DNA of 64,000 bases from Akkermansiaceae bacterium (GTDB taxonomy: Bacteria > Verrucomicrobiota > Verrucomicrobiia > Verrucomicrobiales > Akkermansiaceae), in assembly GCA_022510805.1 (NCBI GenBank), contig JAFLSS010000003.1, positions 1,323 to 65,322 on the forward strand, in the 5' to 3' direction. A program made the translations under genes and the position numbers. Of the stretch, positions 45,990 through 55,825 are shown piece after piece. How positions within the stretch are numbered: position 1 is the first letter of the stretch; each line of letters begins with the position of its first letter. The notes beneath the pieces are model-generated. The model was not told the DNA's origin. It made no database searches and saw only the letters and a list, made by a program, of their open reading frames with translations.

Positions 45990-47366
45990 ATGAAACAAGC
46001 TTTTTACCTCCTCCTCTCAACCCTGGTGCTGAGCAGCTGCAAGTTCGGGCCGGACTTCCACGGCGCCACCTCGCCGGAGCTCCCCGCCACATGGGTGAAT
46101 GACCTGCCGCCGGCCAGCGGAGAGGGGGACCTGCGCACCTGGTGGCTCGGCTTCCGCGACCCGCAGCTCACCGGCCTCATCGACCGCGCTTTTGCCGGCA
46201 ACCCCGACATGGTGACAGCGGCGCTGGCCATGCAGCGGGCAGAGGTGGAGCTGCGCAACTCCAAGGCCAAGCTCTACCCAACAGGCGCAATCAGCACCGG
46301 CGGCGGCAACAGCGGCAGCTTTGAGACCTCCACCTCCCACGGCCGGTGGAATGGCGGCCTCTCCGCCTCATGGACACCTGATATCTGGGGCAGCACCCGC
46401 CGAGAAATAGAAGCCGCCTTTGCCTCCCTGGGCTCAGCGCGCGCCTCAGCCGCCGCCACCCGCACCGCCCTCGCTGCCAGTGTGGCAAGCGTCTATTTCG
46501 AGTGGATCTCAGCCAAGGAGAGCCTGCGCATCGCCCGCGAGCAGCTCACCTACCAGGAAGAAACATACAAGGTGGTCTCCCAGCGCGTGCAGGCCGGTTT
46601 CCAAAGCTCGCTCGACCTCGCTGAAGCCAAAATCTCCATCCTCAACACCCGCGCGCAGATCCCCACCTACGAGGCCAACATCAAAACCTGCCTCAACACC
46701 CTGGCGATCTACCTGGGCACCACGGCAGATCAAGTGCAGCTCACCCTGCCCTCCCCCGGCACCTACAACCGCATCATGCGCGTGCCCACGGGCCTGCCGG
46801 CAGATCTCCTGCGCCGCCGGCCGGACATCATCCGCGCCGAGTTCCAGCTTCACGAGGCCACGGCCGCCATCGGCATGCGCGTAGCGGCGCTCTTCCCGAG
46901 CATCAGCCTCACCGGCAGCACCTCCGCCTCCTCCGGCACAGACTTCGCGCGCTTCTTCAGCAGCGCCGGCTGGAGCCTCTCCGGCTCTGCCTCACAGTCC
47001 ATATTCAACCGCACGCAGCTGCGCTCCAATGTCCAACTCGCGCGGCTGGCACAGCAAGAAGCAGCCCAGAGCTACCGCAAAGTCGTGCTGGCCGCCTTTG
47101 CAGAAGTAGAGGAATGCCTCATCACCTACGCCCGCCTTGCCAACCAGCTCCCACTCTATGAGCAATCTGCCCGCGCCAGCAAAGAAGCAGCCGAAATCTC
47201 GCTCTTCATCTACCGCCAGGGCAATTCCAACTACCTCAACGTGGCAGCGGCCGAGCGCTCATGGCTGAATGCAGAGCTGAACCTCATCGCCACGCGCCAG
47301 CAAATCCGCATGACACTTGCCCGCCTCAGCACAGCCCTCGGCGGCGGCTGGACCTCCTCCCCATAG
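45990..47366 (+). CDS. Outer-membrane efflux lipoprotein, NodT/TolC family
   Basis: Lipobox LSTLVLSSC. Two OEP repeats and a C-terminal LGGGW. Confidence 0.8.
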   Translation: MKQAFYLLLSTLVLSSCKFGPDFHGATSPELPATWVNDLPPASGEGDLRTWWLGFRDPQLTGLIDRAFAGNPDMVTAALAMQRAEVELRNSKAKLYPTGAISTGGGNSGSFETSTSHGRWNGGLSASWTPDIWGSTRREIEAAFASLGSARASAAATRTALAASVASVYFEWISAKESLRIAREQLTYQEETYKVVSQRVQAGFQSSLDLAEAKISILNTRAQIPTYEANIKTCLNTLAIYLGTTADQVQLTLPSPGTYNRIMRVPTGLPADLLRRRPDIIRAEFQLHEATAAIGMRVAALFPSISLTGSTSASSGTDFARFFSSAGWSLSGSASQSIFNRTQLRSNVQLARLAQQEAAQSYRKVVLAAFAEVEECLITYARLANQLPLYEQSARASKEAAEISLFIYRQGNSNYLNVAAAERSWLNAELNLIATRQQIRMTLARLSTALGGGWTSSP

Positions 47367-47469
47367 CCCAGCCCCCCCTGCCGGCACACACTCCGCCGGC
47401 CTCCCGCGCATGACATAACTCCCGCGCTTTGGAATTGCATGTCCGGGCAGAATGGGATATGATGGAGGC

Positions 47470-48855
47470 ATGAGTTATGATCTGATTGTCATCGGCGGCG
47501 GCCCCGCCGGGTATGTGGGCGCCATTCGTGCGGCGCAGCTGGGGAAAAAAGTGGTCTGTGTCGAGCGCGACCGCGTGGGCGGCACCTGCCTGAACTGGGG
47601 CTGCATCCCCACCAAAGCCCTGCTCAGCAATGGCGAGATCTACCACACCCTCGCCAAGCGCGCCGCGGAATTCGGCATCATGGCTGAGGGAGTCAGCGTG
47701 GACTGGCCGGCCGTCATCGCCCGCTCACGCAGCATCAGCGAGCGCCTCTCCGGCGGCATCTCATTCCTCTTTAAGAAAAACAAGATCGACCACCTCGAGG
47801 GCGAGGCGCGCATCCTCGCGCCGGGTCAGGTGCAAGTCACCGCGGCAGATGGCAGCACCTCCCTGCTGGAGGGCAGCCACATCCTCATCGCCACCGGCGC
47901 CCGCACCCGCGAAGTCCCGGTTTTCCCCTTCAACGGCAAAACCATCATCGGCAGCAAAGACGCCCTCACCCTGCCCACCCTGCCGAGCAGCATGATCGTC
48001 ATCGGCTCCGGCGCCATCGGCACCGAGCTCTCCTATGTGTACCACTGCTTCGGCACCAAGGTCACCCTCATCGAAGCTCTCCCGCGCATCCTGCCCAATG
48101 AGGATGACGACGTGAGCACCGCCATGGAGCGCGCCTTCAAGAAACGCGGCATCACCTGCATGGCAGGCGCCAAGGTCGAAAGCCTGCAGGACCATGGCGA
48201 CAGTGTCACCGCCACCATCACCGCCAAAAACGGCAAGACCCAAGACATCACGGCCGAGGTATGCCTGGTGGCCGTGGGTGTGGTGCCCGTGGTGCCGGAG
48301 GCAGAGGGCCTGCAGCTCACCGAGCGCGGCTTTATCCAAGTGGATGATCACTACCGCACCAACCTGCCGGGCGTCTATGCCGCGGGGGACTGCATCGGCG
48401 GCATCATGCTTGCCCACACCGCCAGTTATGAAGCAGAGCAAGCCGTGGAGGGCATGTTTGTGGAGGGCCACACCCCCAAGCGCCCCGAGCTTGTGCCGGG
48501 CTGCACCTACTGCCACCCGCAGGTCGCCAGCGTCGGCAAGCGCGAGCGCGAGCTCAAAGAAGCCGGAATCGCCTACAAAGTGGGCAAATTCCCCTTCCAA
48601 GCCATCGGCCGCGCTGTCGCTGCCGGCGAGACAGAGGGCTTTGTGAAACTCCTCTTCGGCGCTGAGCACGGCGAGCTTCTGGGAGCACACATCATGGGCG
48701 AGGGCGCCACAGAACTCATCGCCACCCCGGAGCTCGGCATGAGCGCCGAACTCACCGATGCCGACCTCAACGCCATGATCTACGCCCACCCCAGCATGGC
48801 CGAAGCCATCCATGAAGCCGTCCTCGCGGCAGATGGTCGCGCCATCCATGCCTGA
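47470..48855 (+). CDS. lpdA: Dihydrolipoyl dehydrogenase
   Basis: ATG at 47470. GGGPAGY, the redox-active GGTCLNWGCIPTK, and the C-terminal HAHPS.AE interface motif. Confidence 0.9.
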   Translation: MSYDLIVIGGGPAGYVGAIRAAQLGKKVVCVERDRVGGTCLNWGCIPTKALLSNGEIYHTLAKRAAEFGIMAEGVSVDWPAVIARSRSISERLSGGISFLFKKNKIDHLEGEARILAPGQVQVTAADGSTSLLEGSHILIATGARTREVPVFPFNGKTIIGSKDALTLPTLPSSMIVIGSGAIGTELSYVYHCFGTKVTLIEALPRILPNEDDDVSTAMERAFKKRGITCMAGAKVESLQDHGDSVTATITAKNGKTQDITAEVCLVAVGVVPVVPEAEGLQLTERGFIQVDDHYRTNLPGVYAAGDCIGGIMLAHTASYEAEQAVEGMFVEGHTPKRPELVPGCTYCHPQVASVGKRERELKEAGIAYKVGKFPFQAIGRAVAAGETEGFVKLLFGAEHGELLGAHIMGEGATELIATPELGMSAELTDADLNAMIYAHPSMAEAIHEAVLAADGRAIHA

Positions 48856-48879
48856 TGGCTCCTCCCCCACCCCTTCCGT

Positions 48880-49236
48880 ATGGCACGCAAGTTCTTCTAC
48901 GATACCGGCGAGCAAAAAGTCGGCCCCGTCACAGGCAACCGGCTCGTGCAACTGCGCGCCAGAGGCGAGATCAACAACGCCACGTGGGTGCGCCGCGCGG
49001 ACTCCTCCACGTGGCGCCCCCTCGGTAGTGTCGACCTGCGCGCAGAAGAGGAACAAGAGGCCAACCCCAGCCTCTGGCGCCTGCTGCTCAGCCACTTCTC
49101 ATGGCAGTCCATCCTGCTGGCAGTCTCGCTGGGCATCATCATCATCATCTGCCTCATCGGCCTCATCTCATTTGCCTGGCCGCTGCTGCTCATTTTGTTC
49201 ATCTTCATCCTGCTGCACCGCCTCACCCACTCCTGA
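48880..49236 (+). CDS. GYF_2 (DUF4339) domain membrane protein
   Basis: 118 aa. FFYDTGEQKVGPVTG..L..L...G.I...TWV......W, followed by two hydrophobic helices. Confidence 0.6.
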   Translation: MARKFFYDTGEQKVGPVTGNRLVQLRARGEINNATWVRRADSSTWRPLGSVDLRAEEEQEANPSLWRLLLSHFSWQSILLAVSLGIIIIICLIGLISFAWPLLLILFIFILLHRLTHS

Positions 49237-49366
49237 GCCGGCCAGCCGCAGCCCTGCCAGGCTCAGGCCAAGCCCCGCCACCCGGCCCCGCGCCCGCGCG
49301 CACCGCGGGTGAGCTGCCCCGCCGCCGTGTTTTCTCCGATTCCATGGTTGCCAGCTCCCCCTCAAT

Positions 49367-51592
49367 ATGCTACACTTTACCTCGTCATCCATGAATTCAG
49401 TCCCCACCAGCATCGAAGGCGCCCACAACCTGCCGAAAGAGCCCATCCTCATGATCCCCAACAGGGTCAACCTGCAGGTGCTGCGCGAACTCGAGCAGGC
49501 GCTTGGCAGCCTGGACAAGGCGGAGTGGCTTGTTGTCGGTAATCGCCCGGCAGAGGACATCTGCACCTACATGCGCAGCCAAAAATACCGCCCCATCGCC
49601 TGGGCTCTGAACAACGCGCCGGATGCCAATCTCACATGCATCGAAAACGCCTTTGCCAAGGGGAAGCACGTGGTGGTGCTGCCGGCGCGCCCGGCTCAGC
49701 CCCCCGCCCATGAATCCGACCTGCCGGCGCGCTTCCTCCACCACTTGCTCGACTCCTACCCGCACAAGGTGCTGCCCATCTACGCCGGCATGTACAACCC
49801 CTCCCGGCCGAGTGTCTACACCTCACAGGAGCCATATGACAAACTCATGCTGAGCATCCTGCCCCCCCTGGCGCCCGGCGGGGATCTCGCGGCAGAGCTC
49901 CAGGCCACCTGGCTGACTACCGGCGCCCGGCAGGCGGCGCAGCTCCTCCCAGAGCCGGGCGGCTGGTGCTCCTCCACCCTCCCGCAGGCACTCCTCCAAA
50001 GTCTCCTTGCCGCGCCCAAGGCAGTCATCATCGACGGCGTGGACGACTCGCGCATGACCTATGCCCAGCTTCTGTCACTGGCCGCCTCTCTAGCCTCAGA
50101 ACTGCGCCGCATCGTCGGGCAAAAACGCATCGGCATCCTCCTGCCGCCCGGCAAATACGCCATCATTGCCAATGTTGCCTGCCTGCTCGGCAATATACGC
50201 CCTGTCAACCTGGACTACCACTGCGACAGCGACGCCTCCTTCCACCGCATGCGCGCCCTGGCAGGTTTCGACCGCATCATCACTTATCGGCACTTCAAGC
50301 TCAACAAAAAGAACTTCCCCTGGCCGCCGAAGCGCGATATTTTGTACATCGATGACGCCTTGGCCGCCAACAAGATCTCCCCATTCTCCGGCTTCGGCCT
50401 CTCCGGACTGCTCAACTTCATCAACCGCAAAATCGTCCTCAGCCGCGTCAGGAAATGGATATACGCCGCCTCCGCTTCACCGGAAGCCGAAGCACTCTCC
50501 ACTTTCACCACCGCAGCAGATGGCACCGCCCTGCGCGGCAGCCGCCTCAGCCACCGCGCCATCCTCGCCGGCGCCGCCTCCTACAGCAGCCGCTTCGCCT
50601 CACAAAAGGGGGAAAACGTGCTGAGCATCCTGCCATTCTACCACCGCGCAGGACTCTTCTCCGGCCTCATCTACCCCCTGCTCTTCAGGCAAAACATCAT
50701 CACCTACCCCGTGGAGAACATTGAGCGCTTCTGCGAGCTGATATCAACATACCGCCCCAGCCGCACTCTCTTCACCCCCACCATCGCACGCAAAATTCTC
50801 GAATCCGCCGATAAAGAGTCCCTCTCCTCCCTCAAGTACTTCCACATCATCGGCGAAACGGCCCGGCAGGAGCCTACCCCCCGCGCCGCCGCCGACCACA
50901 GCCTCTACCTCTGCACACTCTACCAACCCGAGATGTGCGCCCAGCCCATCGCGTGCAACACCGCACCCGAAGCCGGCGCACGCTATGCGCACACCAGCTA
51001 CTCCCACAACTCCGCCGGGCTCATCCTGCCCGGTGTCAGCATCCGCATCAGCGATATCGAGTACACAGAAAACACCCTCCCCCCCTCCGAGCCCGGCCTG
51101 CTGTGGGTCAAAACCCCCTCTCTCTTCAGCGGCTACCTCAGCCCAAACGGCGACACCTCCGGCCCCGACCTCAACAGCTGGGTCTGCACGGGAAATGTGG
51201 CCTACATCCGGCAGGATGGCCTGCTGTGCCTCTGTGGCCCGCTGAGCCGCTTTGTGAAGATCGACAACCACCTCGTATCACTGGATGACACCGAAAGCAA
51301 GGTGATCGAGATCATGAAACTCAACGAGCAGCCCCTGCCGCCCCGCGTTGCCGTCGTCAGCGTCACCGACCCCAACACCGGCGTGTGCCATATCGCCCTC
51401 GCCACCACACTCTTCAAGCCTGATGATCTGCTCATACTGAAGTACGGCTTCCGAAACATGCACTCCAATGACTACGAGGTGCCCAGCATCATCGAACCCG
51501 TCGCCTCCATCCCCACCCTGGCCGACGGCACCACCGACTATGCGCGCTGCACCAGACACGTCCAATACTCCCACTTCAAGTCCCGAGCCTAA
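49367..51592 (+). CDS. Aas-like fusion (PlsC-type acyltransferase plus AMP-binding domain) with degenerate catalytic motifs
   Basis: The architecture and many framework residues match the acyltransferase and acyl-ACP-synthetase families. The catalytic motifs are altered (see finding). Confidence 0.65.
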   Translation: MLHFTSSSMNSVPTSIEGAHNLPKEPILMIPNRVNLQVLRELEQALGSLDKAEWLVVGNRPAEDICTYMRSQKYRPIAWALNNAPDANLTCIENAFAKGKHVVVLPARPAQPPAHESDLPARFLHHLLDSYPHKVLPIYAGMYNPSRPSVYTSQEPYDKLMLSILPPLAPGGDLAAELQATWLTTGARQAAQLLPEPGGWCSSTLPQALLQSLLAAPKAVIIDGVDDSRMTYAQLLSLAASLASELRRIVGQKRIGILLPPGKYAIIANVACLLGNIRPVNLDYHCDSDASFHRMRALAGFDRIITYRHFKLNKKNFPWPPKRDILYIDDALAANKISPFSGFGLSGLLNFINRKIVLSRVRKWIYAASASPEAEALSTFTTAADGTALRGSRLSHRAILAGAASYSSRFASQKGENVLSILPFYHRAGLFSGLIYPLLFRQNIITYPVENIERFCELISTYRPSRTLFTPTIARKILESADKESLSSLKYFHIIGETARQEPTPRAAADHSLYLCTLYQPEMCAQPIACNTAPEAGARYAHTSYSHNSAGLILPGVSIRISDIEYTENTLPPSEPGLLWVKTPSLFSGYLSPNGDTSGPDLNSWVCTGNVAYIRQDGLLCLCGPLSRFVKIDNHLVSLDDTESKVIEIMKLNEQPLPPRVAVVSVTDPNTGVCHIALATTLFKPDDLLILKYGFRNMHSNDYEVPSIIEPVASIPTLADGTTDYARCTRHVQYSHFKSRA

Positions 51593-51618
51593 CCCACCAC
51601 TCCACACACACACACGCC

Positions 51619-52557
51619 ATGTCCGCCACCCCCACCTCCTCGCGGGTTACAGCCGGCGCCCAGCCCACGCTGGAATACGCTCTGCCACCCGGCCACTCCC
51701 TGCGCGGCTACCGCATCCTGCACACCATCGGCGCGGGCGGATTCGGCATCACCTACCTCGCAGAAGAACCCACCACCCACCGCCGCGTGGTGCTCAAAGA
51801 AAACTTCCCCGCCTCACTGTGCTACCGCCGGCCCGACTCACCGGAAGTGCTGCTCAACCCCGCAGACTCGGCAGAATCCTCCTTCGCCTGGGCACACAAC
51901 AACTTCATGCGCGAAGCACGCCTCCTCGCCTCACTCCATCACCCCCACATCGCCAAGGTCTACACCTTTTTTGAAGCCTACAACACCTCCTACTACGTCA
52001 CCGAACACATAGCGGGCCAGCCCCTCGCAGAAGTCGCCGCCGCCCACGCACAGCTCGGCCAGCTCCTGCCCCAAGCCGGCCTGCTCGGCACCCTGGTGCG
52101 CGTGCTCGACGCGCTGGACTACATCCACTCCCGCGACCTGCTGCACCGCGATATCAAGCCAAATAATATCCTCATCCGCAAAAACGGCCTGCCCGTGCTC
52201 ATCGACTTCGGCGCCGCGCGCGACGCCTGCGGCGATGCGGATCCCAACGTGGTCGAATCCCTCGGCTTCAGCCCGGCAGAGCAAGGCAACTCCGGCAGCG
52301 ACAACATGGGCCCGTGGACAGATCTCTACTCCCTCGGCGCGACTCTCTACTACATCACCACCGGCCAGCCGCTCCTGCCCTGCCGCCAGCGCGAGCTCTA
52401 TGACACGGCAGATACCCTCTCCGAACTCCCCGAGCTGCTCGCCGTGTATGACAAAGTATTTCTGGCCACCATCGACCGCGCCATCCGCCCCATCATCGCC
52501 GGTCGCTTTGCCAGCGCGGCCGAGTGGATTGCTGCTCTGCGCCCCCTCTTTGGCTGA
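51619..52557 (+). CDS. Serine/threonine protein kinase (kinase domain only)
   Basis: GAGGFGITY, VLKE, HRDIKPNNIL and DFGAAR. Confidence 0.8.
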   Translation: MSATPTSSRVTAGAQPTLEYALPPGHSLRGYRILHTIGAGGFGITYLAEEPTTHRRVVLKENFPASLCYRRPDSPEVLLNPADSAESSFAWAHNNFMREARLLASLHHPHIAKVYTFFEAYNTSYYVTEHIAGQPLAEVAAAHAQLGQLLPQAGLLGTLVRVLDALDYIHSRDLLHRDIKPNNILIRKNGLPVLIDFGAARDACGDADPNVVESLGFSPAEQGNSGSDNMGPWTDLYSLGATLYYITTGQPLLPCRQRELYDTADTLSELPELLAVYDKVFLATIDRAIRPIIAGRFASAAEWIAALRPLFG

Positions 52558-52663
52558 ATTTCAGCCCTCCCAAGGCCATTTTTTCAGAGTTCAATACAAA
52601 GAACTGCAAAAATGACCAGATAATGTCTTGACCTAACGCATTTTATAAGGCATCATAAGCGAC

Positions 52664-55231
52664 ATGAGAGCGCGCCCACTGCACTGGTCATCTGCATTCG
52701 TTTCAACCTGCATGGTTATCGCATCCCTTTCTTCTGTGTCAGCCCAGCAGTCGACAGGTGATGCATACTTGGATTCCATCCTGAGTAATCAATTTGACAA
52801 CAACACCGAGCAACAAGCTGAGGCAGAATCCTCCGCCTCCAAGGCTCCCACACCCAAACCCCAACTCATCGACACCGCACACGACACCAGACTGGTGGAT
52901 GACGCGGTGGCCCTGCGTGAGCTTGGCGCCTCCACCGGCCTCGGCCTGCTGGGCGGCCCGGCCAATTATGACGGCCTCGTGGTGCAGAGCGTAAGGATCC
53001 GCTACACCTCCGGCAAACCCACCGTGCCCGACCAGCGCCTGCTGGATGTCATCCAAACCTCCCCCGGCTCCCGCTACTCCTCCTCACGCATCAATGATGA
53101 CCTGGAGCGCCTCATGGAAAAAGGGCTCGTGAGCGGTGACGCCCGAGTGGCTGTGGCGCCTCAGGGTAGAGGCGTGAGTGTCATCTTCGAGGTAGCGCCC
53201 GCCAGCGTGATGGGCGGTGTCGGCTTCACCGGCAACCGCAGATACAGCGACAAAAAGCTGCGCGAAACCACAAAACTCCTCTCCAGCAAGGTCATCAATG
53301 ACCGCGCCCTCGCTGCGGCACGCGCAGAAATCATCCGCCTCTACCAAGAGGCCGGCTACCCGGATGTCAAAGTCTCCTGGCGCCACACCAAAACCGCCCG
53401 CACCGGGTATGATGACATCATCTTCGACATCCAAGAAGGCCGTGAGGTGCGCATGATGAACATCAAGTTCACCGGCAACCGCCAGTTTGACTCGAAGCAG
53501 CTGCGCCAGATGATGAAAACAGAAGAGCGCGGGCCCTTCCACCTCCTCACCAACTCCGGCCGCGTCATCCGCGAACAGCTCGATGACGACCTTCAGGAAA
53601 TCATCCGCCACTACCGCAACTACGGCTACCTGCGCGCCCGCATCGCCAAAGTCGAATTCATTGACAGCGGCAAACCGAACGGCCCCCAGAAGCTCACCAT
53701 GATCACCCACATCGACGAAGGCCCGCGCTACCGCGTGCGCCACGTCAGCTTCAGGGGCAACACCATCTACAAATCCAAAGAGCTCGAGCCCGGCATGAGC
53801 ATGCTGGATGGTGATGTGTACTCCCTGCAGAAAGTCTCTGATGACACCACCATGATCCGCCGCTACTACGGCGCCAAAGGCTATGCTGACGCCGACGCCC
53901 GCCCGGATATCAACGAAGTCGGCGTGGATAAAGACGGCACACGCGTCATCGACATCTGCTACAACATCACCGAAGGAAAACGCTACGCCGTGGGCCGTGT
54001 CAATGTGCGCGGTAACACCAAAACCAAGCGCCACGTCATCCTCCGCGAGCTCCCCCTCAAGCCCGGCCAGAACATGAACTCTGTCGACTTGGAAACCGCC
54101 AAGAAACGCCTTGAAAACCTCGGCTACTTCGCTGGCGTAGATGTTTCTCAAGCCGCCTCCGACCGCGCCGGCTACCGCGATATCAACGTCACCGTGCATG
54201 AGCGCATGACCGGCAACCTCACCGTGGGTGCCGCCATCTCCTCCATCGAGAGTGTCTACCTGTATGCCAACGTCACCCAGTCGAACTTCGACGTGCGCGG
54301 CCTCTTCGGCAGCGGCTCACTGGTGGGCGGCGGCCAGCGCCTCTCCATCTCCGGCAAGCTCGGCTTCGACTTCCAGAGTGCATCCATCAGCCTGCTCGAG
54401 CCCTGGTTCCTGGACCGCAAGCTCGCCCTGGGCAATGAGATCTACTTCTCGAACTCCTCCTACTTCAGCGATTACTACGTGCAGAAAAACTACGGCTACG
54501 CCGTGTCCCTGCGCCGCGCTCTCGATGAGAAAAACTCCGTCAAACTCGAGTACCGCATCGAACACTACAACCTGACTCCCCAAGGTGCCGCCCCGCTCTA
54601 CTTCCTCTACAGCTGCGGCGACTACAACCGGAGCAACATCAATCTCGCGTACGAGTTCGACTCGCGTGATGCCATCATCAACCCGCGCAAGGGTGGCAAC
54701 TTCGAGGCCCACATCGGCTACAGCGGCCCCGGCAGCACCATCCAAACCTACAGCGCCGGCATGAGCGGCTCCGTCTACTACAACTCCATCTGGGATTCCA
54801 TCCTCAGCCTCAACTTCGGCGTAGAAACTGTCGACTCCGTGAAGAAAGACGAGATGGTGCCCATCTTCGAGCGCTGCTACCTCGGCGGCCCGATGAACCT
54901 GCGCGGCTTCCGCTTCCGCGACGTCGGCATGATCGACGAGCGCATCACGGGTGATGAAACTATGGGCGGCAACTCCTCCGCATTCGTCCAGGCAGAAGTC
55001 ACCATACCCGTGGTAGAAACAGTTCGATTCGCCATGTTCGTGGATGCCGGCTTCGTGCACGAAGACTCGTTCGACTTCGGATTCAACAGCATCTCCGCTG
55101 ACTATGGTATCGGCCTGCGCATCAACCTGCCCATGGGCCCGCTCGCCGTAGACTACGCCATCCCGTTCAAGATCGGCAATGCTGTTGACCGCGACGGCCA
55201 ATTCCAATTCTACGTAGATTACAAATACTAA
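52664..55231 (+). CDS. bamA: Outer membrane protein assembly factor BamA
   Basis: 855 aa with a signal peptide, repeated POTRA segments, and a C-terminal Omp85 barrel ending in FYVDYKY. Confidence 0.9.
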   Translation: MRARPLHWSSAFVSTCMVIASLSSVSAQQSTGDAYLDSILSNQFDNNTEQQAEAESSASKAPTPKPQLIDTAHDTRLVDDAVALRELGASTGLGLLGGPANYDGLVVQSVRIRYTSGKPTVPDQRLLDVIQTSPGSRYSSSRINDDLERLMEKGLVSGDARVAVAPQGRGVSVIFEVAPASVMGGVGFTGNRRYSDKKLRETTKLLSSKVINDRALAAARAEIIRLYQEAGYPDVKVSWRHTKTARTGYDDIIFDIQEGREVRMMNIKFTGNRQFDSKQLRQMMKTEERGPFHLLTNSGRVIREQLDDDLQEIIRHYRNYGYLRARIAKVEFIDSGKPNGPQKLTMITHIDEGPRYRVRHVSFRGNTIYKSKELEPGMSMLDGDVYSLQKVSDDTTMIRRYYGAKGYADADARPDINEVGVDKDGTRVIDICYNITEGKRYAVGRVNVRGNTKTKRHVILRELPLKPGQNMNSVDLETAKKRLENLGYFAGVDVSQAASDRAGYRDINVTVHERMTGNLTVGAAISSIESVYLYANVTQSNFDVRGLFGSGSLVGGGQRLSISGKLGFDFQSASISLLEPWFLDRKLALGNEIYFSNSSYFSDYYVQKNYGYAVSLRRALDEKNSVKLEYRIEHYNLTPQGAAPLYFLYSCGDYNRSNINLAYEFDSRDAIINPRKGGNFEAHIGYSGPGSTIQTYSAGMSGSVYYNSIWDSILSLNFGVETVDSVKKDEMVPIFERCYLGGPMNLRGFRFRDVGMIDERITGDETMGGNSSAFVQAEVTIPVVETVRFAMFVDAGFVHEDSFDFGFNSISADYGIGLRINLPMGPLAVDYAIPFKIGNAVDRDGQFQFYVDYKY

Positions 55232-55267
55232 TCTACCCACCCACCCACAACAAACCATCATACAGCG

Positions 55268-55319
55268 CCTGCTGTGCCGGAACACCCGCCTCAAGCGGAC
55301 ACGGCACAGCAGGTTTTTT
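55268..55319 (+). terminator. Rho-independent terminator of bamA
   Basis: 12-bp stem CCTGCTGTGCCG (55268-55279) and CGGCACAGCAGG (55302-55313), followed by TTTTTT. Confidence 0.7.
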
Positions 55320-55523
55320 ATACCTACCCCCTGCCCCGGACCATACACCACCACCACACCCACCCCAAACAAGCCAGAAAGCGCCTACAACGCCACAGAA
55401 CCACCCGCAGCCTATAGATACCGCAGAACCACCCACCAACGCGCAGGAAAAGCCCCCTGAGAGCCTACAACGCCACACCACACCCGCACACGACACACCC
55501 ACACACCCGAAAACAAAAAAAAG

Positions 55524-55698
55524 CCGCTGTGCCGTCAGCAGTATGGAAGCCACGTTCCCTAAAGCTAGGTGGGTGCGGAGCCGGGTTTACCTGAGGTATC
55601 CACTGAAGGACGGAACATGAAACCCTGAGCTTTGATGCCCCTTGTGATATTATAACGGTCCGGGCCTATGATACCGCGTGTCACGAGCACAGCAGCGC
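55524..55698 (-). ncRNA. Candidate structured small RNA of about 175 nt (rod-like, possibly 6S-like); identity unknown
   Basis: Minus-strand promoter: TTGCCA (55732-55727), N17, TATGTA (55709-55704). The predicted 5' end GCGCUGCUGUGCU pairs over 11 bp with the 3' end GGCACAGCGGC, which is followed by U8. Further 5'/3' arm pairings exist (GUAU/AUAC, AGGCC/GGCUU). No credible ORF. Confidence 0.35.
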
Positions 55699-55782
55699 AT
55701 ATATACATACCATATCCCCCGCGGCCTGGCAAGCCCTTTTTCCGCCATACTACTATCAATTAGACAACAAAACCGGCGCAAA

Positions 55783-55799
55783 TGTTCCACATGGAACAA
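55783..55799. repeat. 17-nt palindromic motif TGTTCCACATGGAACAA, copy 1 (upstream of argS)
   Basis: Exact 17-mer, also present at 57634-57650. It ends 27 nt upstream of the argS -35 hexamer. Confidence 0.9.
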
Positions 55800-55825
55800 A
55801 GTGGTATTTCTTTTCCTGTGTAAGA

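Noticed and set aside
55233-55553. 106-aa minus-strand ORF (Gly/Val/Cys/Trp-rich).
   Set aside because: It is a product of the extreme CA/GT strand asymmetry. It has no start context or motifs, and it overlaps the bamA terminator.
55524-55698. SRP RNA, tmRNA or RNase P identity for the candidate sRNA.
   Set aside because: Neither strand has a GGAA-tetraloop domain-IV motif (AGGUCAGGUCCGGAAGGAAGCAGC-like), a tRNA-like CCA end with a tag ORF, or a GAGGAAAGUCCGGGC block. It is left as unknown, possibly 6S-like.
55783-55799. Interpreting TGTTCCACATGGAACA as an SOS (LexA) box.
   Set aside because: My recollection of the Verrucomicrobia LexA motif is TGTTC-N4-GAACA. Here the half-sites are separated by 6 nt. 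Neither recN nor ssb in this window has such a site upstream, and argS is not an expected SOS gene.
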